Shown: positions 45,494 through 60,357 of the stretch, one piece after another | How the letters are laid out: each line of letters begins with the position of its first letter | How positions within the stretch are numbered: position 1 is the stretch's first letter | Origin: the human T2T-CHM13v2.0 reference genome, Homo sapiens | Strand: one strand, 5' to 3' | Assembly: GCF_009914755.1 (NCBI RefSeq) | Contig: NC_060925.1 | DNA length: 64,000 bases | Position numbers and translations under genes: made by a program | The notes under the pieces: generated by a model | What the model was told of the DNA's origin: nothing | The model's input: only the letters and a program-made list of their open reading frames with translations | Databases searched by the model: none

Positions 45494-48444
45494 TTAGGGT
45501 AGAGGGCTTAATGTGCTCTGCATTGACATTAGAATCTTAAAGATCTTTTTGGTGAAAATGGGGCTTTTTGTTCTCATTTTCTAGGGCTGAATGCTCAGTG
45601 TAAATTGGGGATCTGGGTAATAATATACTATCGCATTGTCTCACTCAATAGTTTTATTATTTTATTTGGTGTCCTGCTAAAAGCACAGGTCACTGCATTT
45701 ATTAGGTATTTCTTTAATACTGAATTTTACGTTTACAGGTTTACTCTTTTCAAATAATTATATTGCTTGTAGGTCGTGTCTACATGACAAGAAAACAATT
45801 TTTTTTAGGGAAGGAGTGAACTAATAAATGTGGGTGTGGGTGTTAGTTTCTCAATGTAGAAATTGGTTCTGCCTTGCAAAATATTTCATCAGAATGTCTG
45901 TTTCAAATAGGTTTGCTCAGTCCCATTGAAGGGAGCCTCATCAAAGCCTCATGACTGGCTGTCAGTGGGAGACACCTGGTCGGTTGTCACCATGCCTTAC
46001 CTCAAGTATACCCTCCATGTAGACAGATAACTTGGAGGGCGAAAATATTTGGGGCCAAATAATACAGTACAGTTTGGGAACTCTGGCCTCGTGTAGACAC
46101 GACCATACGTAACAGGGTAAGATGAACTAGTCAAGAAAGGTTATAAGAAGCTTTTTGGAGCATATGTACAATGACTAGTAATTTGAGGCAACAGAGGAAT
46201 GAGTGAAAACAACTAATGAAAAGGAAAAGATAAAATTCTAAGCATTTGGTTCCATCACTTAGTTACTGGTGTCCCAGATCAATGGTTCCTCTCCTTTGAC
46301 CCCAGCGACTGAAAAGTGGGCGACTCCTCTAGATGAAGCAAGAATTTTAAGCAGGAATATAGGGTTAGGGGAGAGAGATTTGAATCAGCAAAAGTTTGGA
46401 GGCCCTGCCTATCCCAGATAACAAAAAGCAAACTCATGTATTTTTCATTGCTATGATGACACTTCCCTTCTGAGTTGATCTTCATATAACCTCTGTTTGT
46501 GTACAGTTCCCTAGGTGTCTTTCATTTTTCAAAGCAATTTCAATGTACATTCAATAGCTTCTCATTTAATTCCAAGAAATTAACTTACCTTAGAGTATTG
46601 CTTTGAGTCATCAGATCCTAGAAGCTCTTTCTTTTGTTTTCGCCAAGTCACATTTCTTTCTGTCTTTCAGTTGAGTTACTGAGCTATTCAGGCTATATCT
46701 TTCATAAAACTTCCCAGCTACTCAACAAGATGAATTCAGGGTACTGAAGCACAGACTTATTATGTAAAACCAGTTTCGACATAGCTGTGCTACTTAACAT
46801 TCTGTCCAAAGGCAGACTGCACCAGAGAAATAATGTGCTTCTTTCCCAGTGAAATTTAATTGGGTCATTTGAACCCTCAAAATCAAATAGTTACACAAGA
46901 AATTACAAGATCTCTGTCCATTCTACGTAAAAGACAATTGCCTAGAGTCTTGGACATTGGATAAGCATAACAGTTCAACATAATGTTGGTGAAAGATCTA
47001 AGTGTTGACCTTGAAGAGGCAGCTCCAAGAACTACCCTAGATAAAAGATGCTTGTTTCCTCTTTTAGTTTAACCACAAGACCCATGCTTTCACTGCAGAG
47101 CCACACTATGACAGGGAATTTAAAACATGAACCCATATGTCTGAGACTGCTTCTGTTCTGCAGAAGCTGAGAGAGCACTAGACTGGAGGAATTTTAAACC
47201 TTAAGGAATTTTCCAAGTGCTAGATTGAGATGTTCAGTGTCTTTTTCAATTTTGGCATGGTGACAATGGAAAATCTCTATATGAAATAATAATGAATCCA
47301 TAACAAATATGATTGGTAGACAAGCACACCATCAGGAGGATAATAATCTTTCAGCTTCACTCAATGAAACTTTGATGCTAAAAATCATTACTTTGATAAT
47401 ATTGCCCTCAGAATAGAATAGCTACCTGCTGCTAATGTTCAGTAATATTTGGCTTAGAAAAAGTGTGCTAAGTTAACTTCTGTGATTTTTTTTTTTCCAA
47501 AATGAGAGAATTACTTAAAGGGGCCAAATGCTGTCAATGATTACATTTCCATTGTAGATTGAAGGAGGAGATTGTACTGTGCAAACAATTTGATAACAGG
47601 GTATCTAAAATTTTACATCTAATTTTCAAATAAAGTTTTATAGGAAAAAAATTATCTATCAGTCACTTAAATGCAAATACCACCAGAGTGTTCTATAGGT
47701 ATTTGTATATATTAGATAATTAGCATTAATAAATCAATAAATTATAATTGCTTTAATATTACTATGAAATTTCTTTAGTTTAAAATATAATTTTTAAGAA
47801 ACAAAAAATAGAATATTTGGATCCACATAAAATGTATTTGATTGGTTTAGCTGAATTAATAAGTAAGTTCAATCAAGCCTATGGTAAGCTCAAATGGCAT
47901 TTTGACCAGCTGTTTTTCTGAGTTGCTGTAATTATGCCTACAGACTGAGCAATGAAGGAGACTGATTTTGGCTTTAACATTGCAATGCATTAGCTTAAGA
48001 CAAAATTAGAAACTAATATTTGTCTTTCACAAGTGATGATCTCACAATGTGAAAGAGAACAAAGATCTGCAGCTGGTAAAATTTAAGGTCTCACTGTTCG
48101 AATTTTTAAATGAATAGACTACCACAGACGAATAATACTTGTCCAAAGTCACTACTATCACGATGTATAAGAGACAGAATTTATGACGTTGAGTTAGCAG
48201 CAGATGTAAAACAGAATGTATCTTCTTTGCTTTTTGTCTTTTCTGTAGTTTTGGATGGTACTCATTATGTGCATAACTAACACTGTTTACTGTATGCTTC
48301 TGTCTGATCAAGTGCATGTTTTTTTAAAAAGTTACTGTTTGCCTGCCTAAAGTTAAATGTTATAAATTTAAACATGTTCATGTAATTTATCAGTTTGTTG
48401 AGCATGTGTTCACACCCTGTCACATGATTATTTCCTCTACTCAG

Positions 48445-48585
48445 AATGCTGCTTACAAACACAATACAGTTAACCTTGGCATGCTGCCCTATGGAGGTAT
48501 TTCAGCAATGCATGCAGGCAGAAGCATGACTTTAAACTTGCAGACTAAGTCTAAATTTGATCATCAAGAACTACCTCTTCAGAAA
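48445..48585 (+). CDS. LRRC7: LRRC7 symmetric cassette exon ([18 protein letters not shown]...HQELPLQK), 141 nt, phase 0-0
   Basis: tttcctctactcag acceptor, consensus AAA|gtaagt donor, 47 open codons. Confidence 0.88.
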
Positions 48586-50142
48586 GTAAGTATGGACTGC
48601 CCTACATGTGTCAGCATACCAAAGCCAATTAATGTTGTTTGTTCACTTAATGTGTTTAGGCTATACATACAACCCTGCTTACTATAGGCTCCTATGAGTC
48701 CAAAAAGCACAAGGGCAAGTAATGTAGAGCCTGAACTCTTAGCCGCTAAATGAATATTTGTAGCTGGACTGATTATCAGGTTCCTGCTTTTTGGATTGAG
48801 CTTTGCTTTTTGGATTGAGCAGGTACATGGCTTTTTGTGTTGCTTCAAGGTTCATTTTTCTTATTATTCATTTCCTTTTTTCCTCCTTTGTTTTTCTTTA
48901 TTTTGTGTTTATATATATGTTTTTTACTTTTTTGGAGATAGTCCTATCGTCCTGGTGATGCATTCTGAGAACAGAGCTCAAAATTATTGTTGGATTTCAA
49001 CTGATTCTTTTGGAAAAGACATAGATTCCTAAATTAGGAGAATTAAGTAGCTGGTACTTATAAGTGCTTCTTCAGCCCATTTTTTTGCAGGAACTGTAAC
49101 AGAAGAAAAATATGAGAAACAAGTTTGTGGCTTAGGAAACTAGGTTAGTGGAAAAGTAGCAAGTTTGCATGGTATTAGATGAAAATGTGGGAACACTGAA
49201 AGGGAATATACTGAAAGAGGAAACATTTCCATTGTTAAAGGAAAATTTCTGTTTGTTTAATTCAGCCAAAACTGAGAATGCACATTTTACATTTAGATCG
49301 ATTAATGCCTTCTGTCTTAGTTACATTTTAGTGGAAACCAATGAGTCATTTTCACAGTATGTCATTATGCCTATATATTTATATTGTCATTAGCCTAGTA
49401 AGTTTTTATGAAAAAGCAGTGCAAAGTAGGGATAATAGAATGACAGTAACTTCTAAACACTTCTTCCCTCTTAATAAAATGAATGAACATTATGACTCAC
49501 CCCATCAAAATGAGGGTCATAAGACCTCAAATTCCTGTTTTATTGTTAATCTAGTTTTTTAATAACATTCCCAAACTGTGGACAGTTTGGTTCATACTGT
49601 GAGTAGAATAACAAAATCAAGAAGACATTTGTAGCCACAGCTTTTTTATCACTCACCGTAACTTTAAAAAAAAAAACACTAAATTGAAAACTTTTGAATG
49701 TTGTTTTTGCTGTGCCCGGTCTATACTGCAGGACCAGTGGAGTGCTGGTAACTTTCTCTCCAAGGAGAAAGACAAGGCCTTGATTTGTGGTATCTGCCAA
49801 TGTCAGCAATATAAATACTCTCCCTATGGCTAATTTCAAGGTACCAACTTAATGTGACTGAACTTAGAATTGGGAAGATTCACGTGCAGTTGACTCTCAT
49901 GAGCCAATACAAATTGGCTCCAACACACCATCAGCATGACTATTTTTACTTGAGTTCCTACTTTAATGAAACCTGTTCTTCATGTCCTCTCGGATGCCCA
50001 AGACTCTCATCCTCTTCCCTAAAACAAAACCAGTTTTCAAAAAGACCTTGAAACTTAACTGCATTAAGGAATAGATGAGATATCACAACTTTAAATAGGC
50101 ACCTTTCTTATAGGGCTTGCTAATTAAATAGAAATCAAACCT

Positions 50143-50498
50143 TGTATTAGTCTGCTCTCACACTGCTAATAAAGACATACCCAAGACTGGGTAATTTGTA
50201 AAGGAAACAGGTTTAATTGACTTACAGTTCCACATGGCTGGGGGAGCCTCACTATCATGGTGGAAGGCGAAGGAGGAGCAAAGTCACATCTTACATGGCA
50301 GCAGGCAAGATTGCTTGTGCAGGGGAACTCCCATTTATAAAACCATCAGATCTCATGAGACTTATTCATTACCATGAGAACAGTATGGAGGAAACTGCCC
50401 CCATGATTCAATTGTCTCCACCTGGCCCCACCCTTGACACATATGGATTATTACAATTCAAGGTGATAGTTGGATGGGAATACAGCCAAACCATATCA
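50143..50498 (-). mobile_element. THE1 (THE1C-like) MaLR solo LTR
   Basis: tgtattagtc...ccaaaccatatca; perfect TSD aacct. Confidence 0.92.
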
Positions 50499-53400
50499 AA
50501 CCTTTAAACTAAAAAAATTGAATTTCAAAATTCAGTGAACAAATTAAAGAGATCTTGGCATGATGGAAGCTATTGCCTGAACCCCCCTGAAGTTATATCA
50601 TATGAAGATGCCCCTATTTGGCTTAATTTTTGGCCATATTTACTTATCAATCTGTATGACAATATAGATATATACAGTATCTGAAAATGCCAATACACTT
50701 GAAACAATGTTTCCTAACATCTAAATTACTCTCCAGATATAAATTAGATATCACTGTATTAGCATATTAATTTCCTGATGTCATTTGGGGTACCCTAGAG
50801 AATGGACTCACTATTACTGCGAGCTCTAAGAAGAAATAATACAGAGTTATATTTGGGGACTTTCAATAGTCCTCAGTTGAGCACAGAGATGACCAAAACG
50901 AATTCTCTTTGGAAGCTACATTAATTGCAAATCAAGAATCATTCAAGTATTGAAAGACTCCACCTCAAAATAAATTATCGTCAATATTTTATTATCTGCA
51001 CCAAAAAAAGAAGAAAAGTAGAGAAGGCAAGGGAGGAAAAAGATACATAAGCAGGGCAAGTAATGCATTACTCCAAAAGATTTTATGATCCAAAACTTAC
51101 CACTTTAAGTCCTATAAACTTTAAGCATTTAGGCATCTGGGACAGCTTTCCCACCCCATCACCAATGCAGGAACCTTATCAGGCACTGGATAGTTAATCA
51201 GCTGCAATAATAGCTCTGGGTTCTGCTTCCTCCCACGAATTCCAGTCTAAGCTTCTGTCCCTTCACTTTTGTACCCTGATACGTCTCTTGTACAGAGCTT
51301 TCATTTGAAAATTTGTTAGGTTTTTCTGCCACACTCTAGAGTCAAACTCTCTTTAAAATGCAGTCTCTCCAATTATTCCTCCTGGGCGCCACTGACCATT
51401 GCTAACAGGTCCCATGATTGAGGTTCAATTTCCCTGAACCCTTCTCCCCAGGAGAGGAGATAGGCAAAAATTACTTAACTTTGATTTAGAAATGCATAAA
51501 AATCTGTTATAACATGTTTATCTTTCTACTTAAGATAGTAAAAATTACCATCTCAGGTCCTTAAGACTTCTTTGCAGCCCCTAAATACTCATTAGCCATA
51601 AGAACTGTACTAAAATATAGGGTAAGACCAATTTTTAAACAAACATTTTCAGCAAATAAAATTGACATAAATGTTTCTTCTCCTGTGGAAATTCTGAAGC
51701 TGTCTCTTTTATTCATAAAATTATTGAATGATAATACTAGCTATCTCTAGTTAGATGCTGTGGCAAGTGACTCTGGGGTGTCCTAGAAAGAATGAAGGAA
51801 GTTTCCTAAGGAATCTGTTTTCACCTGTTAGAATTTAAGCACTGGAAATGGAGTTGTAGTATCCATTTGTGCAGGTGCTGCTCTCCGAAGGAAACATGTA
51901 TCCCCACCCTCTCTGTTTGCCAAGGCTTGCCTCTTGCAACTAGGACAAAGAAGAAACTTTTTTATATTTCTTGTCCTGCACCAAGGCTGTCTTTAAACAA
52001 ATTTGTAATAAACTAATTAAAGGATATAATTATTTGTGAATGAAGCTTGAAGAACTCTGCACTTGATAAACTATTTACATAGTGAATATTTATATGAACA
52101 AAAAGGGAGCACTCTTCAAGATTTTGCAATGTATTTTAAATATTTTTCATTTTTTCATATTTATTACATGTCAGATCAAGTATGGTATATTTTTCATGTA
52201 TTACAAGCTAAATATAGGCTTTCTATACTATAAAGAGTAAATTACATCTTCTATAATTTTATAGAACTCTTTCAGATATTAAGAAAATGCCAACAAATAT
52301 AACAAAATTAGTTTAATAAATTTAATTTCCTTAATATATTCATTTATTTAGATGCTTATGCTAATTTCCCAGAAAATTTAGTAATACTTAGGAACCAGAA
52401 CATTTAGAACATATAAATCTTTTATTAAATTATAGAATTATTAGTATTTTCTATTGATTTTTTATTCATTCATTCAGTCATTCATTTATTCATCTATCAT
52501 TTATTTACTGCCTTTCCAAAAAGCATATAAGGCAACTTTCTATGATGTTACTAATGGTTCCATGTGCTTCTTTGGATGTGTTTTATTTGTAATTAAGCTT
52601 AGCTATCGTCTTGAAATTTTATGTTGTCATAGAGAAATACAAATTGTAAAATGCTAGTTCAAACCAGCATTTTTAATATCAAAATTAATGGTAGAATGGA
52701 TAGATATTTCCACTGGGAGAATAATAAAGACAAGGATTTATTGAGAATCTACTATGTACCTGGTGCTATGAGGTACTTTAACTATATTTTGTCTTGCAAC
52801 TCATAAAACCCTCAAAGTACATATTTATCTCCATTGTATAGATGAGGAAACTGAGGCTCATGTGTTACACCAAAGAACTCACCTGTATTGTCACTGTTTC
52901 ACTGTCATAACTCCTGCACTTAGCATAGTAGTAGGTAGAATTTAAATCTGCTTCTGCCTGGTGCCCACATACATACTCTTTCTACTCTATGATGATGCTT
53001 TCTCAAATGTTTGTAAAACCTAACATTTTCATAGAACATGACTCATAGGTTAAAAACCTCTTCCATACACATTATTACCTCACATCATCTTCAAAATAAT
53101 CTAGAGAAGTAGATATTATAGGATGGAGAAAAGAATACACAAGTAGAATATATTAACTAATCCAAAACATATCATGACCCCAATCATGCCCTGTGTGCTA
53201 CAGGTTAGTGCTTTCTTAGTTAGCTGAGTTTAATGAATGCCAGTAATTATCTTGTGCTTTTTCAGATCCACTTGCGTTTCCTGAGCACTCAGTATCACCA
53301 AGAATTATTTTTGGTAGCAGTGAAAGGCTTAAGGTTATGGATCCAAGAAAATAACTCATTAATCATCCAGGCTACTGCAGCCCTAGACACAAGCAGGGCT

Positions 53401-56400
53401 GGGGAGAAAATCATTGGCCTTTCCTATCCCCATGTCTGCAAGTGGCTGGCTGCTAATATAAATAGTGTGGTCTCTTCTATAATGGATAAATTGATAATTT
53501 TCTCTTGTTCATTTTTTAATTTCTACCACCATAACAGCATACCATAGCATCCACTGCTAGTTGGCTTATTGAATTAGGCATTAATATAAATTAATTATAA
53601 TTTCAGGTGAGGGAAGGCTAAAATAGTAGAAATATATGTAATAAATTATCTTATCATAGAATTTTGCATGGAAGAAATTGGCCTCACTATCTGTTTTACT
53701 AAAGTTGATTGAAATTAGTTAGTTGATATTCATCCTACCAGATTTTGAGTTAGAGAAATTTAGATAGCAATATTTGCACCTAAACTATTTTTAAATGTCT
53801 AATGTCCTTTCTTTCTGGATATATGCAAATGACTCAGTATCAGATAGTACCAACATTTGGTATGCATTTATTCACCCTAGTGCCAAGACTTAGTGGCTTA
53901 TTTAATGCAGTTTTTTTCTGCTGAAAGCAAAGCAAGATTTACGCTGCACCTCAGGGCAACTCATGCCTATAATTTCTATTGATTCTGCTGCATTTATTAT
54001 TGGCTACCTGTCCCTCAAGAAAGATTCACTTACCTTTCTAATTATGAAAAAAGCTTTCAGCCTATAAATCCAAATAAATTCTTATAGACAGTGACTAAAT
54101 TTACCAAAATAATAATTTAGTACTCATGTGGAATTTCGTTATAATGGAATTCTGGTTTAAAAATAACTTGGGCATTATATTACCACCTTCAGATTGAAGC
54201 CTATGAAATCACTGTCATTTAGATCCAGGCTTGGCATATTTTTACCTTTGTAATACCTATTTTTTCCAAAAGATAAGATGGAAATGAATAATATAACAAT
54301 AATTTCACTGGAAAAACTTTGGGGGAGATTGTTTTTAACAATTTTTACTGCAGATTTTTGAATCTGTGGTAATGTCCTTTATGAACCATGTGCCAATTAT
54401 TTAGCAAAAGAGATCCTTGTATTCTTAAGAGATATGCCCTGAGACCTTTGCAAATTGCCAAATTCTAATACCACTCTCATATAATTGTAATAATAAGTGT
54501 GATTTCACAAGCATACTGTACACCCATCAATTAGCAAAGCTGCTGTACCATCTAAGCTTATTTAACTCACTTATGTGACTACTGTGCACACACATGTTTA
54601 TACACACATATATACATAAGAACACACATGCATGCACTTACTCATACAAATGTGCCGACATATATAGATATAGAGAAAGAGGCATACATATGCATGCACG
54701 TTTATGTCTCAGCAAAATTAGAAATTACTTGATCAAATAGACACTTGTGATCATTCATAGCAGTCAAAATTACGAATGTTAAATCCACAAATACCCACAC
54801 TCATCTTTGGGCATAGCATTTGTTCCACAAGACTTCTACTCAGCATTATTGCATGTCTTATCAAATACAATTTCTGATTTTTCACTAAATCACACCAGCC
54901 ATCTTCTGTATTATTTTGAAATATTTAAAGACCTGCAGAATTTAGAAGCTAAGGAAATAGTGCATTGTGATGATTTTCTGTGTTATTATATTTAGTTATA
55001 TATGATGAGGAAAATAAAACTCATTCTTACTCCTTAAAATATCCAAAGAAAATATCAAGAATGTGGTGCAAAAAAATAATTGAATTAATAGCTGAACCTC
55101 AGTTCAATTATTTTCTCTGGAATATTAAATTTCAACAGTGATAGCTTCATTTTTTTAACATTTTTCAGTAGCTCCTTTTAGCCTTTAATAGAATTTTAAC
55201 TGCTGAGCTACTCAATTTATATACAATAGCTATACTCCTTTGGGAAAGAATATGCACATGATTCTCTTTTTGGTCTGCACCACCACAACCACCACCATCA
55301 CCAAATGTCAATAAATTGTTTTTAATGATCTTTCTATTTCTGCAGACTTAAGCCATCCCTAAGGTGTCTCATGCAAGAAAAACAAAAAGGCCAGAGTATT
55401 CTTAAAAGGAAATTGCTTTCAGGAATTTCCTTTAATTTTGCTACCTAGTGAAAGTATCTTTTTAATGTGTCTGCATGTTTATGTTCCTTTTGGCCCCTGT
55501 AATAGAGACTTGGTGTGATTGTTAATTCTAATTTTGAAAAGAACTAGATTAATTTATAAACTAGTGAAGCACCTACACCATTATATTAGGATTTTGACTA
55601 AAAGGATTTCACATTTTTTAACACCAAAAAGAATTTGTAATTCTCAGTTTCTCTGTAACTGGAAACATGTCTGGGTGGAGGAAATACAGATAGAGTTGGG
55701 GAGGATGTGGAGAAAAAGGAAACCTATGTTAAATTGTGGCCACTTCTTAAAAATCTACATTGCACAGACCTGGCCAAATGAACATACTAATTATCCCACT
55801 TCACTAGCAAACAAACTAAGTCAGAAAAGATAAATACTAAAAATTCAAAAAGAAAACCCTGGCCAGTAATGCTTAACCTGAATAATTATGTTTTAACTCT
55901 TAATTTTAATTTTTATTTACCATATTTTAATATCTAGAAAAAATTGTGTATGGGCATATGTAAACATATTAATCTGGAAAAGGTAAACACTAGAAAAGCG
56001 ATGCTGGAAAACAGACAGTCGTTGAATAGCTACCTGCTAATTTTGAAGTAACACATACTTTAAACATGTTGTCTAGATTGAATTTTTCAAATAAACACAC
56101 ACCAATTCATTCCTAACTCAGGAGCTTAAATTCAGTACCTTTTTTCTCTTTTTTTTTTCATACTTTTTGATAGGCTTATGAAAAAAGAATTCACATAACC
56201 AAAGAACAAGAAGAAAACTGAGTTAATTTTCATTATATCCATTAGATCCTAGGAAGACTTCATCTAGTGTCATATTAAATCCTATTTTAGAATTTTTCCA
56301 AGCAATGCCTTTAAAAAAATGCTTGTGGTTAGAATGCAGGTAAGGAGGTTCTATCATTGTTTTTCAGAAGAGAACAAACTAAGACCACTCAATATAACCA

Positions 56401-57516
56401 GATAAAGCTTAGCAAACGCCCATTTTTAACATGTTTTGATGAGAATAGCCCAGTTCTCCCTTTCTAGGTAGGGTAGGAGGACAATTCCTTACACAAAATA
56501 TAGCTGCACACTCTCTAGCTGGGCTTTATCAGTAGGGATCCTTTAGAACATGTGCAGAAAATGGCATAGGAAACACTGGAGTATAATAGCTCAACCACAG
56601 AAGAATTCCCTCAGGAAACCAAGCAGTACTTGTGTATCTTACACACTAGGGAAGAAAGGAGCCTTTGTGAAAATATATGTAAATATACCATTGTACATCC
56701 CTCCACTGGAGGCTTTCTGATGGTATGTGATTGCTTGCTATTACTAAGGTTAGAATATGAAATTCACCCAAAATAAAGACAGGCAGGTATTAGTATTTGT
56801 TAAAAATAATAAGCATGAAATCAGCCAAAATAAAATATTTATGACGAGTTTAAATTTTAATATATATCATTTATATAAATAAATAAATTTGGTAATCAAA
56901 ACAGTCATGATTTACTTACACTACGATTCTAATAGCACATTTTTAATAGCATATTTTTGATGTCCCCCCAAAGCTATTTGTTGATAACGCCATAGTACCA
57001 TAAATCTTGCACTATGCCAGTGTTAGCACTATTTGGGTTTAGTGCAAGGCATATTCTCCCAGAATCAATACAACCTTATAAAATTTATTTTAGGTTATGG
57101 CTTAGAATATTAGAACTTATATTCTATGTATTGTATGGTTTCAATTTCTATTCTAAATGGTGAGATTATACTAAAATTAAGCAAGTTTTAAGTGCTGTGT
57201 TTTTAATAATTGTAACAATTGGTTAATTTTATTCTGATTATTTTTATTCAGGTACTGTAAATAATCTAAATTTTTCCTTAAAATTCAGTGAACAACTCTA
57301 AGATGGTTATTTTAATTGCATTTTTCATTGCTTCCAAAAAGCTTTCAATTTACAGTTCTTACCCAGTAAATAGTATATAATATTTGCAGTTCAGGATGTA
57401 TGTTTTTCTGCAATTAAACAAAATTAATTTTACCATGATCATTAGGGACTCTTTTCAGAAAACTATGGTAAACTTCTACTACATCACTAAAGAATGCCAT
57501 ACCATTTTTGCAATAG

Positions 57517-57636
57517 ACCCCGTCCCAGCAAAGCAACATTTTAGACAATGGACAAGAAGATGTATCTCCTAGTGGCCAATGGAATCCTTATCCACTTGGG
57601 AGGCGGGATGTACCTCCGGACACCATTACTAAGAAG
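57517..57636 (+). CDS. LRRC7: LRRC7 symmetric exon ([40 protein letters not shown]), 120 nt, phase 0-0
   Basis: caatag acceptor, AAG|gtaacc donor; matches the recalled densin C-terminal region. Confidence 0.93.
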
Positions 57637-58189
57637 GTAACCAATTTTTAATTAACAAGACAAACCATGAACCTTGCACAATCTACTGCAATATATAATA
57701 AATATTTTGTGTCTTATCATAATTTCTAAGTTTGTGATAACTTTAAGGTAAATATTATGCTACTACACGAGTTTGGTTGACTGTAAGTACATTGAAATGA
57801 ATGGAAAATAAACACTGCCAACTGTTCAAAGTTGGTAATGAATGTTTACAAACAACATCCTGCAACCTCTCTACAGATACTCTTACCTCTTACCACCCAC
57901 CTTTGAAAGGCACATATAGAATGATATGTGACATACTTCCGACTCTCTTGGCTTTAACAGTGTGTTGTAACCAGTTTGCTTAAAAGAAAATTTGATTCAC
58001 TATTTCTAAAGTTATGACAATTGATTCAGCAAACAGTGAACAACTATATGTACATTGCTATGTGTGGAGCACTTGCTAGATATTGAGGAAACAAAAATGA
58101 AAAAGACAGTTTCTTACTTCAAGAGCCTTTTTATCTAGTAAGGTGTGCTGAGTGATAAGTAGGTAATTATAATATTACATAACAGATCC

Positions 58190-59460
<1,271 letters not shown>

Positions 59461-59981
59461 CTCTTTGTTACTTAAGTGATTTTTCTCTTGATGACCACTT
59501 CAATACTTCAAAAATGCATTAAATATCAAATTTTATTTTATCCAAAATATTTGGTAATGCCACTGATTTACAGGCATTTATTTTATGCATGTTATTAATT
59601 TGACTATTGGGTAATATTCAGCACCACAGGTAAATATAATATGATGTGGTTAATGCTAAGATGGGATACAGGGCTATGACAGTACCTGGAAAGGGCACCT
59701 GTTTAGCGAGGAAACTAAGAGCAGTGGTGTCAAATAAGACTAGAGGGATAAGCAGAAGCCGGATCATGCTGGGATTTATCCTGTGGGAAATGAGAAGGGG
59801 AATATAAAGTATTTTAAACAGAGAAAGGACATGATCAAGTTTTTATTTAAAGAGCACTCTGACAGCTTTTCAGAGAATGAATTAGTGAGGAGAAAGACTG
59901 GACGCAATGGAACTAGTTAGGAAGATTCTATAGTAATTCAGGTGAAAGTCAATGGAAACAATGGGTGGTGGAAAGATATGC

Positions 59982-60357
59982 TGTATTAGTCCATTCTCAC
60001 ATTGCTATAAAGAACTACCTGAGACTGGGTAATTTATAGAGAAAAGAGGTTTAATTGACTCACAGTTCCTCAGGCTGTATAGGAGGTATAGCTAGGAAGG
60101 CCTCAGGAAACTTACAATCATTGTGGAAGCAAAGGGGAAGCAAGCATGTCTTCACGTGATGGTAGGACAGAAAGTGAGAAGGGGGAAGTGCTATATACCT
60201 TTAAACAACCAGATCTCATAAGAACCCCATCACAAGAACAGCAAGAGGAAAATCCACTCCCGTGATTCAAACACCTCCCACTAGGTCCCTCCTTCAACAC
60301 TTGGGGATTACAATTCAACATGACATTTGGGTAGGGACACAGAGCCAAACCATAACA
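59982..60357 (-). mobile_element. MSTA-like MaLR solo LTR within an L2
   Basis: tgtattagtccattctcacattgctataaagaactacctgagactggg...ccaaaccataaca. Confidence 0.9.

Noticed and set aside
57006-57048. Inverted repeat cttgcacta...tagtgcaag as a miRNA-like hairpin
   Set aside because: Stem is too short and the interior pairs poorly
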